From the IMG/VR virus record IMGVR_UViG_3300035338_000028, positions 1-26,862 of that record: a stretch of DNA of 26,862 nucleotides; one strand, given 5' to 3'. The position numbers and the translations under genes are program-made. Source of the DNA: a virus (lineage: Duplodnaviria; Caudoviricetes). Below, piece after piece: positions 8,313 through 16,677 of the stretch. Position 1 is the first letter of the stretch, and each line of letters begins with the position of its first letter. The notes under the pieces were generated by a model that worked only from the letters and a program-made list of their open reading frames with translations, ran no database searches and had not been told where the DNA came from.

Positions 8313-9598
8313 TAAGGGTTTTCAGGTTCACCTTCACCTTGGGAAGTACCACCCTCACCGTTAGTGATTGCCTCATTTGTCTGTTTAGGCTCCGAGGTAT
8401 TGGTTACCTTTACCTCCAGCACATAGTTTTCCAAGTCCTCTATATTCAGATAAACAAAGGCGTTTTCGTCTTTTGGCCTACCATTACCATACAGCTTTGC
8501 ACGGTATAATCTTTTATCTTCTTTAAACATTGCATGGTCGGAATGCTCAATCTTTCCCCCTTTTCCGGTTCCAAGACCCATGAAGTATTGCTTACCCAAT
8601 CCAATCACCGCACGCCCTACAGGCACAGCCGTAGACTGAATTGTTTTTGTTGGATAAGGAAATACATCACTTCTAAATGTCCCATCCGTTGCTCTTACCG
8701 TAGTGGCAGGGAACACTTTTGTAAAATAATCCGTGGGATTTACCACCAAAAGCACAGAAGGAATAGGACGTCTTTTATTATTGGGTGCCTTAGATAACGT
8801 ATCAAGCAAACCGCCATAGGTAGGAGCATCCAATTTTGTAATTTCCACTGCTGTTTTATGGGGGTGTACACCATCCACTGCACCGCTTAATGCCCTTGTC
8901 ATACCCAAAGGTTTTTCATTACCATCCCCATCCACGATAGCAGTTTCCAAACCAACGGCGATGGCCTCGGCCAGAACTGTTCTTACATAACGATCCAACC
9001 ATGCGGGACCTAAATCAAGCATGGCATTGCATACTGGAATATAAGCAGAAAGTTTTGTGCTGCCCAATTCCAAAATAGAGAAGGTTGCAGACAATTCATC
9101 CACAATTTCTCCACACAATTCACCCCACCCTGCGGTGCCGGATGTGGCAGAAAGAAGCCACTTTGTAACCGCTCCTGTGTTCTGAAAATCCACCTCATTC
9201 AACAAGGGATGATTCTCCTGCAAATATGTAAAGATTTCATCAATAACAGTGGTGGGCATCACATCATCAATCAAAGTAATTGCTTGCTTTGGATCCACGG
9301 ACTTCATAGCATCAATGACCTTTTGATAGTATACATTTTCCTGACTGGTAAGCTGTCTTACACCCCTTTGGGCTAAAATACACGAATCAGCACCCTGCAC
9401 CGCCTGTTCATATTCCTGCATAACCGCTTCCTGAACATTGTTGGCCAAGTCCTTAAAGGCTTGGTTAAACTGCTCAGGGTTATCCTCTGTAATTGCCGAG
9501 TTCATTCTTTGCAAAATGACGTTTCTTTCCTCCTGAATTAGATCAAGACTTTTCATAGCAAAAAACTGTAAATCCATTTTCATTTTCATTCTTTTCAT
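8312..9598 (-). CDS. Major capsid protein (HK97 fold, N-terminal delta domain)
   Basis: Follows the protease gene; helical N-terminus; AIVDGDGNEKPLG motif. Confidence 0.95.
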   Translation of the reverse strand: MKRMKMKMDLQFFAMKSLDLIQEERNVILQRMNSAITEDNPEQFNQAFKDLANNVQEAVMQEYEQAVQGADSCILAQRGVRQLTSQENVYYQKVIDAMKSVDPKQAITLIDDVMPTTVIDEIFTYLQENHPLLNEVDFQNTGAVTKWLLSATSGTAGWGELCGEIVDELSATFSILELGSTKLSAYIPVCNAMLDLGPAWLDRYVRTVLAEAIAVGLETAIVDGDGNEKPLGMTRALSGAVDGVHPHKTAVEITKLDAPTYGGLLDTLSKAPNNKRRPIPSVLLVVNPTDYFTKVFPATTVRATDGTFRSDVFPYPTKTIQSTAVPVGRAVIGLGKQYFMGLGTGKGGKIEHSDHAMFKEDKRLYRAKLYGNGRPKDENAFVYLNIEDLENYVLEVKVTNTSEPKQTNEAITNGEGGTSQGEGEPENP

Positions 9599-9625
9599 GT
9601 GATCTCTTCCTCTCTTGAAATAAAA

Positions 9626-10387
9626 TTAACATCCTTTTACGGATGTCATAAACTTTTGTAATCTATTCTGTTGTGGTTCCGCCGGAGGCTGTGGGGTGGG
9701 TACCTTGGGAGGCGTGGCCAACTGCTTTAATTTTGCAACCAGCTCCAAGTTTTTTCGTTGCAATGCCTCATGACTCTCTTTCAGTGCTTCCGCCGCTTTT
9801 GCCATATCCACTTGCCGCTCCCCGATTTCATCACATAGACCATACTCAAAGCACTGGGTGGCCGTCAACCATGTTTCAGCCGTCATAATTTCTATAAGCT
9901 GCTCCTCGTTTAATTTTCCGTTGGACTTATCCAAGTAGGCTTGACGATTGCCTTTCATGATGGCGTCTAAATCCTCGGCATTTTTACGATGGTCTCTGGC
10001 ATTGCCTATAGACATATTCCACATATCGTGTAACATTTGCATGGTGGGGCTTGCCATTACTACTTTGTCACAAGCCGTTAATATATAGGATGCTGCCGAA
10101 GCCGCAAACCCGTCCACATAACCGGTAACATAGGCTTGGTGTCTTTTTAATTGACTATGAATGCCCATGGCCTCTTTTACATCTCCGCCGTAGCTATTGA
10201 CATATAAATTGATAAACTTCGCATTTGGATATTTTGCAAGTTCTTCCCTGAAATGATTTGCCGAAGTTTCACTTGTAATCACCTCGTCATTCCACCAGTC
10301 ATAACTATCAGGCTTAATACTTTCGTAGATATACATTTCCAGAGTATCCGGTGAAACAGATTGCTCAAGTTTCCAAATTGTCCTCAT
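9626..10387 (-). CDS. ClpP-type head maturation protease
   Basis: YVNSYGGDV, DGFAASAAS, MLHD and ETWLTA motifs. ATG 10387 follows GGAGGTG. Confidence 0.93.
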   Translation of the reverse strand: MRTIWKLEQSVSPDTLEMYIYESIKPDSYDWWNDEVITSETSANHFREELAKYPNAKFINLYVNSYGGDVKEAMGIHSQLKRHQAYVTGYVDGFAASAASYILTACDKVVMASPTMQMLHDMWNMSIGNARDHRKNAEDLDAIMKGNRQAYLDKSNGKLNEEQLIEIMTAETWLTATQCFEYGLCDEIGERQVDMAKAAEALKESHEALQRKNLELVAKLKQLATPPKVPTPQPPAEPQQNRLQKFMTSVKGC

Positions 10388-11552
10388 TTTTCTCACCTCC
10401 CTTCATTGCCCGCAAGGCATCCTCTACCAACTCATAATTTTTTGTAATGAAGTGCTGTTTTGCCCAAGGTTCATCTATGGGATTTTCACCGCATAATTGC
10501 AAAATATCATTCACGCAGAAAACACCTGAGCCAATTAATTTATCAATGGACGTAGAAATACTAAACAAATCAATATGCTTAATGGCACGTGTATCAATTT
10601 TCAGATACGTCCCTTCCGAAAATGCTTTAAACCCATAACGCTTACGAATGATTTCCTCCTGTATCATATCCACCAAAGGATCCACAGCAAATGTTAGTGT
10701 GAAGTCTAGTGCATCCTTGGTACCTTGCACATCCCCACGCAAAAGAGATGGATGAATACCAAAGCCCTTGGCAGTAAAATCAGAAATATCATCAACCATT
10801 GCTCTGATATCCCTAGTGGTTTCCGCCGCATAGGTTTTTTGAGCGGTTTCATCCACTTTTTGACCTTTGCCCAAGGGTAGAACTGCATTGTCCGATTCAA
10901 TAAATTTTTTAAACTTGTTTTTTATTAAATCATCAAAATTCTTTCTTTCTTCACTTCCGGCAACGGGCAACGTATCATACTCGAAAAGAAATTTTCTTCC
11001 CCTTGATTTTTGATAGGCGTTTATGCTGTACTGAATCAGTTTTTCATACTCGCCATATAAATCATTGACCACCTGTCGCATGTTTTTATTATTTAACTCA
11101 AAAAACAATACATCTGCCTGGTAAAAAGTCTTTTGAAATGAAAAATCGCCCACAGTTACCTCCGTGAACGTATTTTCAAATAAAACCTTTTCATTTTTTG
11201 TGTAACTATCAGCAACCAGCAACTGTTCCCCAATACAAATTACAAGACACTCATTATCTCTGCACAGTTTTGCAATTAATTTGTGTAAAAATACGCTTGA
11301 ATTTTGATTCTTATTTGGTTCATAATTCCACAAATAATACTCACTGCCCTTTTTCTCTTCTCCCTTCACATAGGTTTTAAATTCACACTTGCTGAGTGCA
11401 TTGGCCAGAATATTGGCAGCCGTCCAAAATGCCGCTTCCCTGATGCAAATAGTGGAGGTATACTCTTGCAAAAAATCGTCTATTTCATCACCGGAAATAG
11501 AAACACTTTTTCCCCCACCCACTTTACTACTTAGCCATTCTAAAAAGCCCAA
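10365..11552 (-). CDS. Portal protein (HK97 family)
   Basis: Between terminase and protease genes; EPNKNQNSSVF and FGIHPSLL motifs. Confidence 0.93.
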   Translation of the reverse strand: MGFLEWLSSKVGGGKSVSISGDEIDDFLQEYTSTICIREAAFWTAANILANALSKCEFKTYVKGEEKKGSEYYLWNYEPNKNQNSSVFLHKLIAKLCRDNECLVICIGEQLLVADSYTKNEKVLFENTFTEVTVGDFSFQKTFYQADVLFFELNNKNMRQVVNDLYGEYEKLIQYSINAYQKSRGRKFLFEYDTLPVAGSEERKNFDDLIKNKFKKFIESDNAVLPLGKGQKVDETAQKTYAAETTRDIRAMVDDISDFTAKGFGIHPSLLRGDVQGTKDALDFTLTFAVDPLVDMIQEEIIRKRYGFKAFSEGTYLKIDTRAIKHIDLFSISTSIDKLIGSGVFCVNDILQLCGENPIDEPWAKQHFITKNYELVEDALRAMKGGEKNEDNLET

Positions 11553-11564
11553 CTTATCACCCCC

Positions 11565-13253
11565 TTAACAAGTAATGACTGGTATATCATCAAAGCTGCA
11601 AGCAGCCTCTTCCAGTTCTTCTTCCCCAATCATGGAGTGCACTACAGCCATAAATGGATCCGTTTTTCTGCTTTTCGGTTCAATTTTTCCATAATAGAAA
11701 TTTCCCGTTTCTTCTCCTTTGCTTTTTCCTGCTGATATTAATTTTGTGTTATTTACAGCCCACCGCAATGGAGGGTTGTCCCCCCAGGTAAACAAATGAC
11801 GGATAAATACATCATCTATGACCTTCTGCACCTTGTATATATCATTCGGCCTTACTAATTTCACATTTTTATACTCTTTTGCATCAAACCCAATTTTTCT
11901 TAATTCGCTTGCTACAAGAGCATATTTGTTGTTATCCAATAAGATCAGCTTGATATTATATTTCTGCGCCATTGTTGCGATATAATCGCATAATAGCCTT
12001 GGGTGAATGGTAACATCATCCACAAGTGTCAAAAGTTCCTCATCTGCCCAGGCCTTCCATGGTGCCTGAATCCTGTCTAAATCTTTGGAATTTAAACACA
12101 ACCATGAATGATTGATGTCATACCTCTGTTCACCCTTGGTAAAATGGAAGTTTACACTTGCCAAGTCGTTAATGGCAGCATAGTCAATCCCAACTGTACA
12201 GTTCCAACCAGACATATCCGGCAACGGCCTATTGGTTGGAATAACATTTTCCTCAAAGTCTGTTACCGCCAACTCCCGATTGGATCTGGGGAAATTCATT
12301 CTTTTTGTATAAAACTCCGTCTTGATTTCTTCGGAATATTTCATCTTCCCAAACTCTTTTTCCATGGTGTCTTGCAAAATAGGCAAATATTTCAAAGAAG
12401 GATTTGCTTTGTGCCACATTTTCGGATTGAATATTTCTTTTTCACTGTTGATTTTATAAAGCAAAGGAAGAGTTTTAGAATTCTGTATTACACCATTCAA
12501 AATGTCATAACAAACTCTCAATTCATTATCCAAAACCCCCTCCCTCACATGACCGTTTGTTGTGATTTTAAAAATACGAGAATGCTTGCGCTTACCAAAA
12601 CCACTGGTAAAAACGTTGATAATCTCATAACTCATGTACTCGTGGATCTCATCAAAAATAAGACAAGCAGAACGCTTACCGTCCTTCGTTCTGGCATTGG
12701 AAGTATGATATTTGATCACGGATCCAGTCTTTAAATTCCTGATTAGTTCTTTGCTTTTGTAAAAAAACTTTTTAAGCTTTTTCCAATGCCGCTCCAACAC
12801 ATCATAAATATCATTGAAAGAAGTCTCTGCCTGGTCCTCTGAATTTGCTATGATTTCTATGTTATATCCTTTTACACCATGATAGTGGGTGCTTAGGTAC
12901 CAGCTTACCGGTGAAATAAATCCATTTTTACCATTTCCTCTGCCCATCATGATGATATATTCATCAAAAACAACGGTGTCATTGTCCAAATTATAGCAGT
13001 GAATCAATGCAAATAAAAAAAGCTCCCAATCAAAGAGCTGTAACTCAAAGTATTTTTCTGTTAATTCAACAGCCTTGTTTATCTTGTCCACATCAATAAA
13101 CACATTAGGATTATCCAGACTTTCTTCAACAATGCGCAGGGCCATAAATATTTCATCACCGGCAATAATTTCACCGCTGTACACACCGTCCATGTAATCA
13201 TCAATATAGGGGTGATAGGATTTTTTTCTACATTTCTTCATCAGTATCATCAC
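11565..13253 (-). CDS. terL: Terminase large subunit
   Basis: Walker A GRGNGKN, Walker B LIFDEIHE, nuclease GIDYA and KTDPFMA motifs. The start could be 13250 or 13241. Confidence 0.95.
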   Translation of the reverse strand: MMILMKKCRKKSYHPYIDDYMDGVYSGEIIAGDEIFMALRIVEESLDNPNVFIDVDKINKAVELTEKYFELQLFDWELFLFALIHCYNLDNDTVVFDEYIIMMGRGNGKNGFISPVSWYLSTHYHGVKGYNIEIIANSEDQAETSFNDIYDVLERHWKKLKKFFYKSKELIRNLKTGSVIKYHTSNARTKDGKRSACLIFDEIHEYMSYEIINVFTSGFGKRKHSRIFKITTNGHVREGVLDNELRVCYDILNGVIQNSKTLPLLYKINSEKEIFNPKMWHKANPSLKYLPILQDTMEKEFGKMKYSEEIKTEFYTKRMNFPRSNRELAVTDFEENVIPTNRPLPDMSGWNCTVGIDYAAINDLASVNFHFTKGEQRYDINHSWLCLNSKDLDRIQAPWKAWADEELLTLVDDVTIHPRLLCDYIATMAQKYNIKLILLDNNKYALVASELRKIGFDAKEYKNVKLVRPNDIYKVQKVIDDVFIRHLFTWGDNPPLRWAVNNTKLISAGKSKGEETGNFYYGKIEPKSRKTDPFMAVVHSMIGEEELEEAACSFDDIPVITC

Positions 13254-13545
13254 CCACCTGACAAGATGGTTTTAGCCCTAAATAATCCAAAATACATAGC
13301 ATTTGTTTATTAACTTTCAATAATTGTTCCACACTTTCGTTCTTTTTTATGCCCGCTTGGCCTCCTCCATTATTATAATTTACCGTTACTCCTCTGCCTT
13401 TTATATCTGCTAACAATGCATTTTTTGTATCCCACAATTCTAGATAATCCCGCACTAAATCAAGATAATATTTGCCTAACGAGCCATTCCTTTCTAGCTG
13501 GTCGACCAGATCTTTTTCCAGTCCTTTTCTTGTAATTTGCTTCAT
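13228..13545 (-). CDS. terS: Terminase small subunit (P27-like)
   Basis: DIKGRGV...KKNESV...KVNKQM...LGL motif directly upstream of terL. Confidence 0.85.
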   Translation of the reverse strand: MKQITRKGLEKDLVDQLERNGSLGKYYLDLVRDYLELWDTKNALLADIKGRGVTVNYNNGGGQAGIKKNESVEQLLKVNKQMLCILDYLGLKPSCQVGDDTDEEM

Positions 13546-13646
13546 ACCCCCACCCCCCTCACGTGTGAAATGAATATTTCTGAATTGTCTAGACCCACCT
13601 GAGTAACAGCGAAAATCTTAATCTGCGTTTTTTTCGACCGGGGGTA
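13546..13646. other. Probable cos packaging region
   Basis: Non-coding gap between HNH and terS with G/C runs (minus ACCCCCGGTC-A7...CTCAGGTGGGTC...CACGTGAGGGGGG), the usual location in HNH/ClpP cos phages. The exact cut site cannot be determined. Confidence 0.55.
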
Positions 13647-13997
13647 TCACCATTTTTCCTCGGTCAACGGCTTCTTTTTTTCGTACTTTCCCATCCGCTC
13701 CGGATGGCATTCTGTTTCATGGCAATACTTGCACACGCTGATAAGGTTTCGTTCTTTCCTCCCACTTTCATTTGTGTAATAACTGCTTAAGCATAGCAAA
13801 GGGAACTGTCTCAACTCTTTCACATGATGTACTGTTGTTGCTTTCGTGTATCTCTTATATTTATTTTTGCATACTTGGCATTCAAAATGATCCTGTTCAA
13901 AAATCTCCCGCCTCTTCCTTCTCCATTCAGGTGAAGCATAAAACCTATGAACATCGCCGCTTCGAATCAAAGCAATTAATTCTGTCAATCGCTCCAT
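13647..13997 (-). CDS. HNH endonuclease (terminase-associated)
   Basis: FYASPEWRRKR, CQVC, VHHVKE and NLISVCKYCHETECH motifs. ATG 13997 follows GAGGGTG. Confidence 0.9.
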   Translation of the reverse strand: MERLTELIALIRSGDVHRFYASPEWRRKRREIFEQDHFECQVCKNKYKRYTKATTVHHVKELRQFPLLCLSSYYTNESGRKERNLISVCKYCHETECHPERMGKYEKKKPLTEEKW

Positions 13998-14020
13998 TAC
14001 TTCACCCTCGTTCTTGTAAT

Positions 14021-14046
14021 AAAAAAGGACACCCGTTGGCATCCTT
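14021..14046 (-). terminator. Intrinsic terminator after the moron block
   Basis: Minus strand AAGGATGCC-AACG-GGTGTCCTT-TTTT; the G-U pairs work only on the minus strand. Confidence 0.7.
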
Positions 14047-14056
14047 AATCACTGCT

Positions 14057-14326
14057 CTATTTATCGTACTCAAATGATTCACCACATTTGCGACAAGACT
14101 TGTTACCATTTTTAGACCATTGCGGAATGGCATCTCCCTTTCCACAATGTGGACATTTAAAGAATTTAAATCTGATAATTAATGAACCAACTATCATGCT
14201 CCATGCCGTCCATAAACAAATTTGTCTTATCGTCCAGTCCTCAAAAAAGAAATATGAAACTAAAAGAATAACTAAAGCTACACAATCCAACACAATACTC
14301 ACTCTTGCATACGATCTTTTTAACAT
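14057..14326 (-). CDS. Small 2-TM membrane protein with C-terminal zinc ribbon (paralog B)
   Basis: Two hydrophobic segments, then CPHC...CRKC and FEYDK. Confidence 0.8.
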   Translation of the reverse strand: MLKRSYARVSIVLDCVALVILLVSYFFFEDWTIRQICLWTAWSMIVGSLIIRFKFFKCPHCGKGDAIPQWSKNGNKSCRKCGESFEYDK

Positions 14327-14359
14327 GTTCCCACTCCCTAGTCATCCTTAATCAATTAT

Positions 14360-14626
14360 CTATTTGTCATATTCAAACACCTTGCCACATTCATCGCAAG
14401 CCCTGGTTCCATTCTTCGACCACTGTAGAGGCACTGTAAACTTTCTGCAGTTTGGACACTTAAGATATTTAAATCTAATCCTATACGAAACAGTAAAGAA
14501 TAAACAATATGCGATAATGAGGACTAATTTAAAGTTAAATTCAGTAGGAAAAAAAGATGCAATCCAGCATATTCCACCAATACAATAAGTCACAATACTT
14601 ACTCTAGTTTTTGTTCTATTAAGCAA
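14360..14626 (-). CDS. Small 2-TM membrane protein with C-terminal zinc ribbon (paralog A)
   Basis: TTG start after GAGGTGAGG; CPNC...CDEC and FEYDK; clearly similar to 14057-14326. Confidence 0.8.
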   Translation of the reverse strand: MLNRTKTRVSIVTYCIGGICWIASFFPTEFNFKLVLIIAYCLFFTVSYRIRFKYLKCPNCRKFTVPLQWSKNGTRACDECGKVFEYDK

Positions 14627-14768
14627 ATCCTCACCTCATTGATCTCTTCATTACTTATCTATCGTATCTAAATAATTCATAACAATTACCACACTCCTTG
14701 GTTCCACTCTTTGCCCATCGGGATTATCAGTTACCTTTTGGCAATATGGAAGTCCTTAACTATGATTG

Positions 14769-15209
14769 TTATAACAGATATTTTTTATATCTGATTTGAA
14801 GATATGTTTGACATTTGTGTTCTACAATATCAATTGACATGATTGACAGTTTACTTTTTGTTACTTCATCCTGTAAAGTTGTAATAATAAAAGGAATCCT
14901 TGTATCATTCTCCACATGGTGCATTATAAAATCTATCCTGGGTTCTGGATCATTCGCTAATAAGATTGTAAACGCTAAGCTAGTGTATGCTATTATCCCT
15001 AATATAGCATCACCATTTAATCCAAATATTCTAATATAACTAAAAATACTAATACCTGAAAAGTATATTAGAAAAGAATAACTGCCTGCTAGTAAAGATA
15101 CAAACAAAAGTTTTATAATAACAAATACAAATCTTTTACCCCATTTACTTTTATTTTCTATCATCTTTTTAAAAATATCATTAACCTCTTGCAATATCAA
15201 GTCATCCAT
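14769..15209 (-). CDS. AT-rich moron membrane protein, unknown function
   Basis: 146 aa with 2 hydrophobic stretches, very AT-rich, RBS AGGGG. Confidence 0.7.
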   Translation of the reverse strand: MDDLILQEVNDIFKKMIENKSKWGKRFVFVIIKLLFVSLLAGSYSFLIYFSGISIFSYIRIFGLNGDAILGIIAYTSLAFTILLANDPEPRIDFIMHHVENDTRIPFIITTLQDEVTKSKLSIMSIDIVEHKCQTYLQIRYKKYLL

Positions 15210-15324
15210 AGTGCATTCCCCCTATATTTACATTTCGACACAATATAGTAAATTCCTACCATTTGTCGAAAAATAGTTTAGGACACCGGCTTGCGCCAAC
15301 AGCCCTACGGAAGATTTAAATGTC

Positions 15325-15368
15325 ATAGTACCACATTAACATGAAAGTTGATGCATTTGGTGCCAACT
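15325..15368 (-). promoter_or_regulatory. Probable late promoter
   Basis: Immediately after the late-activator gene. TG-G-TACTAT extended -10 (15325-15333) without a consensus -35, as expected for an activator-dependent promoter. Confidence 0.5.
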
Positions 15369-15758
15369 TTATTTTTTGGTGGATAAAATACCAAAGAATT
15401 TTAATTTCATTCTGAAAAATGCTCTCCTACTCATTGGTATCTGTAAATGCTCATATCTCACGCTATCAACCACATTGCTTAGTATGTACGGATAAAACTC
15501 ATTACCCGCTTCCATTGCCGACTGTTCTATGATCTCTAACTCCCTTTCAATTTGCAGTCGCCTTAGTGCTGTATTCCCCGTCCTATCGGATATTTTGTTT
15601 CCTCCTCCATTACTATCAAAGCCGGGTGAAGAAAGCTCCGTAATAGAATGTAGCTGAGATTGCTTTTCTCGATATTGCTTACAAAAATATGTTAATTCAC
15701 GATATCGGTTAGGAGAGATATTATAGTTTTGCAGTTTTAAATCTCTATCTTTCTTCAT
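15369..15758 (-). CDS. Late transcriptional activator-like protein (ArpU/RinA position)
   Basis: YRELTYFCKQY...ISDRTGNTA...C-terminal HTH-like MSRRAFFR; last early gene. Confidence 0.65.
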   Translation of the reverse strand: MKKDRDLKLQNYNISPNRYRELTYFCKQYREKQSQLHSITELSSPGFDSNGGGNKISDRTGNTALRRLQIERELEIIEQSAMEAGNEFYPYILSNVVDSVRYEHLQIPMSRRAFFRMKLKFFGILSTKK

Positions 15759-15924
15759 CGTCCACCACCTCTCCCTTGACTTGTCCACATCGCTGTGGAT
15801 TGTTTAAGCAAGGGTTTTTACATTTTGCTTTGTTAATGCAATCCATACAGCAGATATTTCCTCTCATATGGTCACAATTAAATATTTGGCAAGATCTAAA
15901 CCTTTTGTTTTTTGTTGTTTTCAT
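15745..15924 (-). CDS. Small Cys-rich hypothetical protein
   Basis: MKTTKNKRFRSCQIFNCD...CCMDC..C..C...C; RBS GAGGGGGTG. Confidence 0.7.
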   Translation of the reverse strand: MKTTKNKRFRSCQIFNCDHMRGNICCMDCINKAKCKNPCLNNPQRCGQVKGEVVDDEER

Positions 15925-15952
15925 TCTGCACCCCCTCATAAATTATTTTCAT

Positions 15953-16120
15953 TCAATCCTCACCCTTTGTATGATTGTGAATTGAAGGAATAAAAATCCA
16001 AATTAATAACCACTCAAACTCATTTATGGGATATGCAGTATCAAAAATTCCCATGAAAGGCAAATTTAATATATCTAAAACCCAAAATATTGCTAGACAA
16101 GCATAAAATGTTTTATACAT
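15953..16120 (-). CDS. 55-aa membrane protein (not in ORF track)
   Basis: MYKTFYACLAIFWVLDILNLPFMGIFDTAYPINEFEWLLIWIFIPSIHNHTKGED; RBS GAGGGA; starts 3 nt after the recU stop. Confidence 0.75.
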   Translation of the reverse strand: MYKTFYACLAIFWVLDILNLPFMGIFDTAYPINEFEWLLIWIFIPSIHNHTKGED

Positions 16121-16123
16121 GAT

Positions 16124-16654
16124 TTAATCCCTCTCTCGCTTAATCATATAATCTAAAAACAAAACAGATCCATTAAACTTAACCTGGTATTCCTCAACAT
16201 CATTTGCAGTAATATACTTACGTCCATAATTCTCTTTCATATCCCGCCAGATCTTCCAAGGGATGAAGAAAAACTCATCTTCAAGCCCAACGCATACTGC
16301 CGCTACTGCACCCAAATTCATATGGCTTTCTAAAGCCTTTTGTTGGTCTGTCGTTAGCACGTCTCGATTCATCCGGTCGGAAGTTGTGGTCTTTGCTTCA
16401 AATACGATAGACCGTCCATTGTCAAGGGTTCCTTGAAAATCTGGTTGGGCATGAGCTGTAAACCTCCCCATAAACATTCCATCATTGCCTTTATTCAAAA
16501 CCCGAAAAGGTTCAGGTGTTTTATTAATATCTGCCCGACCGTTTTCTCTGTATGTATTGCACCCCGCCAGAATTGCAATTTCAAATAAATGCCCTAGAGC
16601 ATTATTCGTTGCGTTTTGGTGTTGCCGCTTCGCAGCTTGCTGATTGTAAGCCAT
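16124..16654 (-). CDS. recU: Holliday junction resolvase RecU family
   Basis: KTPEP, PDFQG and IVFEAK PD-(D/E)xK motifs. Confidence 0.85.
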   Translation of the reverse strand: MAYNQQAAKRQHQNATNNALGHLFEIAILAGCNTYRENGRADINKTPEPFRVLNKGNDGMFMGRFTAHAQPDFQGTLDNGRSIVFEAKTTTSDRMNRDVLTTDQQKALESHMNLGAVAAVCVGLEDEFFFIPWKIWRDMKENYGRKYITANDVEEYQVKFNGSVLFLDYMIKRERD

Positions 16655-16677
16655 TACTTATCCCACCTTTCTCATAT

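Noticed and set aside
8270-8314. Stop-codon readthrough or +1 frameshift at the capsid end
   Set aside because: The 0 frame hits TGA after 13 codons and the +1 frame hits TAG after 4. Only the -1 frame gives a domain-like product.
834-13000. Many plus-strand ORFs opposite the structural genes (e.g. 2325-2858, 3882-4331, 12108-12734)
   Set aside because: Antisense shadows of well-supported minus-strand genes, with no RBS or recognisable motifs.
15896-15952. 18-codon ORF MKIIYEGVQNENNKKQKV
   Set aside because: Too short and overlaps the next gene; possibly a deletion remnant but unsupported.
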